Virus record (IMG/VR): IMGVR_UViG_3300031707_000018 | Coordinates: 1 to 57,588 of that record | DNA: 57,588 bases | Reading direction: 5' to 3' (one strand) | DNA from: a virus | Lineage: Duplodnaviria; Caudoviricetes | Shown here: positions 36,093 to 44,300 of the stretch, piece by piece | How the letters are laid out: every line of letters starts with the position of its first letter | How positions within the stretch are numbered: the stretch's first letter is position 1 | Program-made: the position numbers and the translations under genes | Notes under the pieces: model-generated | Told to the model about the DNA's origin: nothing | Databases searched by the model: none | The model's input: only the letters and a program-made list of their open reading frames with translations

Positions 36093-37953
36093 GTCTCAAT
36101 TCCCTACTGAGCTGGACGCTTAGTCCAAGCGCCTTCAGGAGCTGCTGCGGATTGTTCTGCCTCATGCAGTCCGCGATACGGAACTTTACCGGCACCTTGG
36201 CCACACCCTCCGAGGGTGCTTCCTCGGCCATGACCGGGAATCCCAACGAGGAGTTGAAGGGCTTGACCTTGAACACCTCGAAGGGATTGCTGGTCTCATC
36301 GCCGACCGGCACGCTGATCGACGGAGCGAATCCGTCAGCCAGCTGCTGGGTCAGCTGCTCTACTTCCTCCGCCGACGGCGTGTGGCCACCTTCACGAGCA
36401 CAGAGGTTACCGCGCTCGATGGCCTCGACGACCTTGTCGAGGATGTTCAGGATGACCTTGGCGCTCTTGACGTCAGCTAGGAGCTTCCAGGAGAAGTTGC
36501 CCTTGACCTGCTTGACTTCCACTCTCCTCCAAGCCTTCATGACCAGCCGTTGCAGGATCTTGTACAGCTGATCCAGCCCGTAGAAGCTGAACTCCAGCAA
36601 CATGTCGACCGGCGTGCACTTCATCACGGCGTCGTAGGTATCCGGATCCTTCCATCGAGCTTTATCGAGGAGGTCCAGCTGATACTTGACGAACCGGCTG
36701 TAGTGCTTGTCGAGGGCATGAAGCACGGGTTCAAGAAGCTGCTCCGCCATGAAGCTGTTGACCTTGGAGGCCCATCCAGCCATGGCAGAGTTGAAGTTGA
36801 CCGTGAGTCCGTTGGCCGCAATGGACAAGGCGGCCCGGACGACCTTTAGGTGATCTGTGGGAATCGCCCCGATGAACAGGACAAGGCAGCAGAGGACGTC
36901 TGAGGTGATCCTAGAACTGAGCACGGCGGCGATCTTGTTGAGCTGCTCGTTGGCCGAGTCGGCTCTGTAGAGGATGAGCCGATACATATCCTTGCTCATC
37001 TGCCAGCTGGATTCGGCAGCCTCGCCAGCAGTACGGCCGTAGGCGCCCATCTCTCCGCTGGTCTGATGGAACTCAGATTTGTACGCCTGGGTGGCGCTGT
37101 AAGAGGCCCATCCTTCGTAGCCTGGTTCGTTGGTGTTGGCCACATAGTCATTGACGCTGCGGTCGATGCAGTCCCAGTAGTAAGGGCCTCTGGTCCTATC
37201 GTACTGGGCAACGGCCGGGTCCTTCTCCTGAGCTTGGGCCTGGGCCATGACCTCGTCGGTATCCATCCCTTCCAGGTCCGTACCCTTCAAGGTGTCCTTC
37301 AGGAGAGAGCGAGCTGACTCTGCGTTGTCGGCGATCTGATACAGGAGAGCAGCTAGTCCTAGCACGATCTTCCCGGCCATTGGTGCGCGCTCGGTGCCAG
37401 GAGGCATCTTCGGTGCGGCCATGTCAGCTGCGTCCTTGGCCGAGTGCGGCTGGAGGATGGTGTTGGCCACCCGGAGCAGCAGGAACTGGCTGAACATGGA
37501 GACCACGTCGGCGGCGCTGATATCGTCGCCGGCGGCCCACTCAGCTTCTTCGATGAGCCGGGCGTCCACCTCGGAGTTGCCCGACAACACGGAGATCAGC
37601 TGGAGGGAGTTCACGCTGGTCCGCTTGAACTTGTACTCCAGAGCTGCCACGTACTCGTCGAAGAAGATCTTGTCCTCGGGCCGACCAGGGAAGAGCGAGC
37701 GTAGCGCATGCCGTACTTCGTAGGCCTTCTCGTGGACAGGGACGAACTCGCGGGTGGTGCGCTTGATCTCGCTCTGCAGCTTGTCGATCTTGCCCAGCAG
37801 ACCGGCGACCTTCTTGTTGAGGGATTCGATCATCTCCGGAGTGATTCTGTTGGCAGCTCGAACGACGGGTTCTCCGCCGATGGGAGCAGAGGACTCCCGC
37901 TCCACCAAATAGCGGATGTCCGGCTTCTGTCCAAGGATTCTGCCTTCAGTCAT
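36055..37953 (-). CDS. Hypothetical helical protein between terminase and portal
   Basis: 632 aa, overlaps both neighbours, natural composition. Confidence 0.65.
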   Translation of the reverse strand: MTEGRILGQKPDIRYLVERESSAPIGGEPVVRAANRITPEMIESLNKKVAGLLGKIDKLQSEIKRTTREFVPVHEKAYEVRHALRSLFPGRPEDKIFFDEYVAALEYKFKRTSVNSLQLISVLSGNSEVDARLIEEAEWAAGDDISAADVVSMFSQFLLLRVANTILQPHSAKDAADMAAPKMPPGTERAPMAGKIVLGLAALLYQIADNAESARSLLKDTLKGTDLEGMDTDEVMAQAQAQEKDPAVAQYDRTRGPYYWDCIDRSVNDYVANTNEPGYEGWASYSATQAYKSEFHQTSGEMGAYGRTAGEAAESSWQMSKDMYRLILYRADSANEQLNKIAAVLSSRITSDVLCCLVLFIGAIPTDHLKVVRAALSIAANGLTVNFNSAMAGWASKVNSFMAEQLLEPVLHALDKHYSRFVKYQLDLLDKARWKDPDTYDAVMKCTPVDMLLEFSFYGLDQLYKILQRLVMKAWRRVEVKQVKGNFSWKLLADVKSAKVILNILDKVVEAIERGNLCAREGGHTPSAEEVEQLTQQLADGFAPSISVPVGDETSNPFEVFKVKPFNSSLGFPVMAEEAPSEGVAKVPVKFRIADCMRQNNPQQLLKALGLSVQLSRELRHARNVDKARPNS

Positions 37954-39868
37954 CCTTTGGGTCTCCCTTGCGCTCCCGTTCCCACGTGGTTCTTCCGAGC
38001 CTTCCGGACATGGGGTGGTCCTTGTTCCCCATCGACTCTCTGAAGGACCGGCCGCTCTTGCCCATCAACTGCGCCATGGTTCCATCCCAGTCCTTGTGTC
38101 CGGAGTTGATGGCGAAGATTCTCGGCTTAGGACTTATCTTATCACGCTTCTCACGCACTTCACGAGATTCCATGGATGGATGGGTATCCATGGAATCCTC
38201 GCCGAAGTGGCCGGTGAATGCAATGCGGTTGCTGCTGGTGATCTTGGCGAGGTCCGTCATCTCCATGACGAAGGCGTAGACCGTCAGCATCCAGGCAACC
38301 AGTGTGTGCTCCTTCTCATCCGAGAAGACAGGTTGCCCCTCGCGTCCGTAGCGCAGGACTCGGAACTCACGCATCTGGCCGACGAGTCCGGTCGACGTGT
38401 CCTCGGACTTGGGGAGGATGACGTCCAGGCGCTCGACGTGACGAACGGCCATGTCGACGACGAGCGGCTTCACCATCTTCTTGACAAAGGCTTTGGTCAG
38501 AGGATCACGGACCAAGACCTTGGATCCGAAGTCGATACCCTTGACCTTCCTGTGGAGTCGGCCCTGCGGGTTGTTCATGCCTTTGATCTTCAGGGCCTCG
38601 ATCTGGGTGGTGCCATCCCCCTCGTCTACGTAGATCCAGTTCGGGCTCCAGATGGCATTCAGCTCGGCCATCCGGTCAACGGCCGCATGCTGGGTGAACT
38701 CGCCGGCGGAGATGACCTCCTTGTAGGCCGGCCGGAGCTTGCCAGTCTCCGGGCAGTAGCCGGTGATCATGATGTGGACGCCGATGCCCTTCCGGTTCCA
38801 GTCCGCCCCCATGGCATAGATCTCGCCCTTGATCGGCTGGGAGTTGGTGATGGAGTACTCCCGCAAGCTGGCCTCAATGTGCTTGTGCTGGAAGAGGCCA
38901 ATCTCCATCTCGCCGAACTCAGCCAGGAATTCATGGGAGAACGAGTTCTCCGAGTAGGTCTCCCGGTAGAACAGTTCCATCTCCGCCGACCAGTTCGGGG
39001 AGACCATGGAGGTATAGTGGAACTCGCGGAAGCCAAGGCCCTTGTTCACGCACCACTTGAAGAAGAGCCCGCGGCGGCCGGTGGGCGTCGAGCTGACAAT
39101 CATCTGGGCGATCGGACCGGTGCCGGTGAGGGAGGCCAGCACGGACTCGAGCGTCTCATCGTCGAGCATGTCCCCTTCGTCGAGGATCAGCAAGTTCGGC
39201 GTCTGGCCACGGGACTTGTCGCCCTTCTGCCCTGTACGCACGCCGGCCGTGATGCCGATCATCGAGGAGTTGCCGTCCGGGTGGGCGAACTCGATCTCGT
39301 GGGGGTTCATTCTGTCCCGGATGCGGAACTCGGGGTTCGACAGCAGCTGGCTCTTCTGGATGTACTTCCGGATCCTGTCGAAGATGATGTCCACCTGGTC
39401 CTGGTAAGGACACAGGATGACGACCCGGAAGTTCGCCTGGGTAGCTACGTGGTAGAGGGCCAGGATGGCGAGCAGCTCGGTCTTACCGATCTGGCGCCCC
39501 ATCCGGAAGATCTTCCTCCTGGCCGTGCACCGGAGAGCTTCGATCTGGTACCACCGCGGCTCCCAGTCGATCTCAACGCGCGCCCAGGCGATGACGTCGT
39601 TGAGGTACCACCACTGCGACTGCTCGTCGGCATCAAGGGCGGCCAGCTGAGGGTCGCTGCGGATCTGGATGTCCATCGAGGTGAAGCAGGAAGGCGAGAA
39701 CTCGCGGGCTGAGTGCTCGGAGTACTTCTTCAGGCAGTCGTCGCAGACGATGTCCCTCTCCTGGTCCGTTCCGGACTTGACCCTGGTCCGGAGGTCGTTC
39801 CAGCGAGCCACGCGCTGCGGCCGCAGTTGGGCCGACAGCTTCTCGGCAAGTTCTCCGTAATCCTTCAT
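37946..39868 (-). CDS. terL: Terminase large subunit
   Basis: PRWYQ, Walker A MGRQIGKT, Walker B LLILDEGD, motif III SSTPTG, EFLAEF, RNase H-like MGADWN. Confidence 0.95.
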   Translation of the reverse strand: MKDYGELAEKLSAQLRPQRVARWNDLRTRVKSGTDQERDIVCDDCLKKYSEHSAREFSPSCFTSMDIQIRSDPQLAALDADEQSQWWYLNDVIAWARVEIDWEPRWYQIEALRCTARRKIFRMGRQIGKTELLAILALYHVATQANFRVVILCPYQDQVDIIFDRIRKYIQKSQLLSNPEFRIRDRMNPHEIEFAHPDGNSSMIGITAGVRTGQKGDKSRGQTPNLLILDEGDMLDDETLESVLASLTGTGPIAQMIVSSTPTGRRGLFFKWCVNKGLGFREFHYTSMVSPNWSAEMELFYRETYSENSFSHEFLAEFGEMEIGLFQHKHIEASLREYSITNSQPIKGEIYAMGADWNRKGIGVHIMITGYCPETGKLRPAYKEVISAGEFTQHAAVDRMAELNAIWSPNWIYVDEGDGTTQIEALKIKGMNNPQGRLHRKVKGIDFGSKVLVRDPLTKAFVKKMVKPLVVDMAVRHVERLDVILPKSEDTSTGLVGQMREFRVLRYGREGQPVFSDEKEHTLVAWMLTVYAFVMEMTDLAKITSSNRIAFTGHFGEDSMDTHPSMESREVREKRDKISPKPRIFAINSGHKDWDGTMAQLMGKSGRSFRESMGNKDHPMSGRLGRTTWERERKGDPKDD

Positions 39869-39872
39869 TCAC

Positions 39873-40298
39873 CTAACTATGCAGCAATCTCGCTTCGTTC
39901 CCGATCGCGCCGCGGAGGGAGTATGCAGAGTCGTGCATGGCCTGGAGAGCTGACTGCCTCATGGTGTAGGCCATCCGGCTGTCCACCATGGGTCCGGCGT
40001 ACTCGGGACCTGTCTGCCCGAGCTTCTCAAGGAACCTGGCGGCCTTGACGGCAGTTCGGCCGATCTCCAGAGGAGCAGAAGCGACGCCCCAGCCGACGTG
40101 CCAGGCAGCCAGCGGGAGCAGGGATGCCCCTCCCGTGGATGGGGCCATCATTAGGGCCCCTGGAGTCATGAGCATCTCCGGGATACCGGAGAATGGAGTG
40201 CGGCGCCGGCGCATGAACTGGAGAAGACCGCTTGGGCCGCCACCGTCCAATGGGTGGCCCATGTTCTCGTTGAAGGTCTTACGGACGAAGGACGCCAT
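39873..40298 (-). CDS. Small Gly/Ala-rich protein (possible ejected/internal virion protein)
   Basis: 141 aa, TGATG-coupled; C-terminal AYTMRQSALQAMHDSAYSLRGAIGNEARLLH. Confidence 0.65.
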   Translation of the reverse strand: MASFVRKTFNENMGHPLDGGGPSGLLQFMRRRRTPFSGIPEMLMTPGALMMAPSTGGASLLPLAAWHVGWGVASAPLEIGRTAVKAARFLEKLGQTGPEYAGPMVDSRMAYTMRQSALQAMHDSAYSLRGAIGNEARLLHS

Positions 40299-40711
40299 CA
40301 GATGTTCTCCCCGAAGAACCTGCCGACCCTACCAAAGCGGCCGGACATCTGGAAGAACGGGTCCTTGATCCCCGTCCCGTTGCGTGCGTAGTGGAGAGCC
40401 AGCGTCATGTCCGCAGCGCCCCCATAGTTGGAGCCCATGCCGTACGGCCTGTCTCCCGTTCCGAAGGGTCCGACCTGGGCGTTGGCCAGCAGGTTGGACA
40501 TCATGCTGGCTTCCTTCTCCCGCTTCCAGCCGACCGAAGCCCGCTTGGCTTCGTACAAGGCCCCCACGGGAGCTAGCACACCGAAGGCTGCGACGCCTGT
40601 GCCGAGGCCCATGCCGACACCCGTCGCGATGCCCATGAGCTGTTGCCTGGGTGTGGTCCTGGCAAGAACCTGGCTCAAGCCACCGTACGCCAATGATGTA
40701 GCTGACGCCAT
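40298..40711 (-). CDS. Small Gly-rich protein with hydrophobic segment
   Basis: 137 aa; GIATGVGMGLGTGVAAFGV glycine zipper. Confidence 0.6.
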   Translation of the reverse strand: MASATSLAYGGLSQVLARTTPRQQLMGIATGVGMGLGTGVAAFGVLAPVGALYEAKRASVGWKREKEASMMSNLLANAQVGPFGTGDRPYGMGSNYGGAADMTLALHYARNGTGIKDPFFQMSGRFGRVGRFFGENI

Positions 40712-40714
40712 GGC

Positions 40715-41311
40715 TTACCACAGCCCCAACTTCTGACCGCCCCACTTGGCTGCCTTGTAGCCGCCGAAGAGTCCGAGACCGACCCGGCCACCTACCCGGC
40801 TTCCACCAGCTACGTTGCCACCGAAGGTCGCTGTGGCTCCGAGAGCACGCCCAACCATGGATCCACCCATCCAGGCAGCTCCGCCCTTGAGCATGTTGCC
40901 GTAGCCGATTGTGGCACCACCAGCTACAAGACCGATACCACCACCGATCCCATACCCTAGCTTCCTGGACATTGCCGTCGTACGCATGCCACCAGCGAAG
41001 CCATGCAGCTCCTTCATGGCAGCTCGTCCTGCTGAGCCAGGAATCTGTTCTCTGCGCAGCTGGGACAGAACATTGCTCGCCCCAGGGACTGTCTCGAGGA
41101 ACTTGTTGGAGAGAGACCCACCAGAGATCATGTCCTTGACGTTGGGACCTCCGAAGTAGTTGGTGAATCTCTCGTAGGCACCAACGAAGCCTCCCTGATG
41201 GAAGGATTCCAGGAGCCCCAATCTCTGACCACCAAGATTGGCGTACGCATTGCCGCGCTTCATGCCAATCATGCTGGCGCCCGCAGTAACCATTCCTTCG
41301 CCGAGACCCAT
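40715..41311 (-). CDS. Gly-rich protein with glycine-zipper segments
   Basis: 198 aa, GGAGGT RBS; GYGIGGGIGLVAGGATIG. Confidence 0.6.
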   Translation of the reverse strand: MGLGEGMVTAGASMIGMKRGNAYANLGGQRLGLLESFHQGGFVGAYERFTNYFGGPNVKDMISGGSLSNKFLETVPGASNVLSQLRREQIPGSAGRAAMKELHGFAGGMRTTAMSRKLGYGIGGGIGLVAGGATIGYGNMLKGGAAWMGGSMVGRALGATATFGGNVAGGSRVGGRVGLGLFGGYKAAKWGGQKLGLW

Positions 41312-41320
41312 CTCAACCTC

Positions 41321-44300
41321 CTAGGCCGCCCTGGCCATCATCCTCGAACGATTACGATCGCGGCTGGGCCGCCTGTGAGCGTGGGAGTACCGCTCGACCA
41401 CGCTGCGCACCCGGCTGTTGTGACGGCTGTTCCAGAGGACATAGTTCACCAAGCCCGACGTCGGCGTGAACTGCGAGATCGGCCGCGGAGCATCGGGCCT
41501 GGATACTATATTCCTCTTACTGTCGGAGATCTGCAAGGTCCTGGTGTTGATGTTCTGCGCGCGAATGGGGTTGTAGGCCCCGCCGAACGGGGAGAGGTCC
41601 TGCCTGGCGTTGTCGATCGCATGGAACTGCTGGAGAGGACCAAGGCCGTCCTCGCGAATAGCCGAGAACCCTCCAGCTGGGAACAGTTGATCCTGGCCGA
41701 TCGGTTCCGTGGGACTAGCCGTTCTCTTCGGCCTGGAGTTCAAGGTGAACTGCCCGGCCTTGCGCGTGCCATAAGCTGCAACTTCGCCGAGGATCATGGA
41801 CCCGATCATCGTAGCGGCGAAGCCAACCACCCAAGCAAGAGCGCCAACGACTCCGCCTACGACCGTTCCAGCTCCTGGGACGACGGAGCCCAGAGCAGCT
41901 CCGGCTGCCGCAGCTGTTGCAGCTCCGGCAGCGATTCCGACCTTCAGCCCAGCCATCTGGATCGTCATGTTGACCGTGCTGGCGGTGGTCTCAATGGCGA
42001 AGCCAGCAGCTGCATTATCGTACTGGTCCATGATGGACAGACCGTCGACGACGCCCATGGCCAGGTTCAGCCCGGGCACCTTGCCAGCGAATCGACCGAT
42101 CTTGGAGACGCCGAACTTGCTCAGTTTGTTCCCAGCACCAGTGATGTACTTCATCCGCTTGCCCATCTTGGCGGCGAAGATGGGGTTCTTGGCCTCCATA
42201 GCTGACAGCCGGCCGCCAATCCGAGTGAACGAGTTCTCGATCCTGGCGATCGCTTTGACTTTGTCAGCTGAAGCTCCAATGTGGGCTCCCATCATCTGCT
42301 CGAGGTTGCCAACATTGTTGAGGATTGCGCCCATGCCTTCGACCTTGGCTTGCCACGACGCCGGGTTCTTCACCAAGTTCTTGTACAGGTACTTGGCCGC
42401 GTCGACCTTCTGTCTGAAGGCCGAGGCGTGCTTGAACTTGGTAGCCCCAGCACGTCCCCACTTCTCACCCCCACCTACGACTGCACCCCGCTTGACGTAC
42501 GCTTTGAGCAGACCCTTCTCCTTGAGCTGGAGGTACTTGTTGACGTCGAGACCGTAGCTGGAAGCTACGGGCCCAATGGCAAAGTTCTTCATCCAGGTTG
42601 TGGCCTTCTGGACGAAGTTCTTTGTTAGACCACTGGTCTTGTTCTTGGTCCACTCCATCATCCTCGAGGGAATGCCCTTCCAGCCCTCGGTGATCTTCTC
42701 AATTGGGTTCTTGTCCTCGAGGTTCTTGGAGAGCTTGGCGATGAAGCCCTTCTTGGTCTTCCGGGCGTTGTTCCAGACTTGGACCTCGGCGTCGGAGTAG
42801 CCCATCTTCTTGAGGCCCTTCTCGAGCCGGGTCTGGAAGCGAGATACCTCTCGGATGCCCATCCTGTCGGCTGGTCCAGCTATGCCTTTAGCTTCGTAGT
42901 AGTGGTCCCAGACTCTGTGGAGGGGAGTCTTGGATTCACCGAAGAAGGTCCAAGCAGCTTGGAGCCCGAGCATCATGAAGGTCTTCCCGCTATCGTCGGA
43001 TGGGTCAGCGCCCTGCTGGAACTCAGCCCACTCACCGGGCTTGGAGCTGGAGTGGAACGCACCATAGGGCTGCATGGCCATGAATTCGTTGGGGCTCCTG
43101 TAGGCGGGCCCCATGGCCATTCCAGCAGAGATCTGCTCATCACGCCTCGGGCCGCGGAACATCGAGTAGCCGAGCCAGAGAGCTCCAAGTCCAATAGCGA
43201 TCCCGCCACCGATCTTCAGGTGGGTGGCGGAAGCAGCCTTGACCCCCTTGGTTACGCCGGCAGCATTCGCCACGGCTTCCTTCGAGGCCGCGTTGGTTGC
43301 GTCCTTCATCGCTCGGATCTGGGGAGTCCCAGGGCCTGGAGCTGGAAGTGCCATCTTGGGAGGCATCGTCTCGGGAATGGGCACTGTCGCCGTACGTGGC
43401 TGTAGAAGCACCTTCTTCTGGGTCTGTGCGATCGCGACGTTCTCGAGCTGTTGGTTGGTGACCAAGGCCATATCGCTCACACCCTGGAGCTTCGGAGGGG
43501 AAGCTTCCGGGGTGCGCACCAAGGCCTGAGCCTTGACCGATTCCCCTTTGGGGATAGCAGCATTGGTGGCGGTGGGTGTTGCCGGCGGAGTATGGAGGAC
43601 CTCCTTATGTGATCTCTGGAGATCCTCCCAGCCCTTCTTGGCCCAATCCACCAAGACTTCGTCGGGATTGTCCTGCCCGAACCTGATGCACTCATGAAGC
43701 ATGGGCCCAAGTTCGGTCTTGTGCTTGCGGCCAAGGGCGATGAGATTCCGTACGTCTTTGGCCAGGGATGGCGAAGGCACGCCTGAGTTGTTTGTGGAAC
43801 CAAATCTTGGATCCCAACCAGGAAGTGAGCCCGGAGTGGAGATGCCGCGGTTCTTGATGGAAGACTTGATCATCGCCCTGGCACGCCCAGGGTTGACGAC
43901 CAAGTTACCCGTGGCGGCATCAACGAAGTTGCCGAGAACGGCATGTTCCAAATAGACGGACCCGGCAGCATCGGCCATTGCGAGACCAACGCTCTCAGGT
44001 ACTTTGATCCTGGACGAGGCCTGCACCAACTTGGTGTACAGCCGATTCTTCTGGTTCCTCGACTCGAAGTAGCTGAGACCTTCGGCATACTGTCCCCAAC
44101 TAAGATTGGCTTTGTTCAGGTAGCCCGCCAGAGCCTGCCATGACCGCTTGCTCACGTCATAGCCAGACCCGAAGTCCGACACGTTACCGCCTTCCATCCT
44201 GGAAGGGTTGATTCCATAGCCGGCGATGTGCCAGCCGCTGACGGGCTTGCGGATGCCGGGCAGGTAGCCATCCTTCTTGATCTGGGAGTTGCGCCTTGAC

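Noticed and set aside
37946-39868. Intein or intron in terminase
   Set aside because: Motifs are contiguous, length is normal and no intein C/HN motifs were seen
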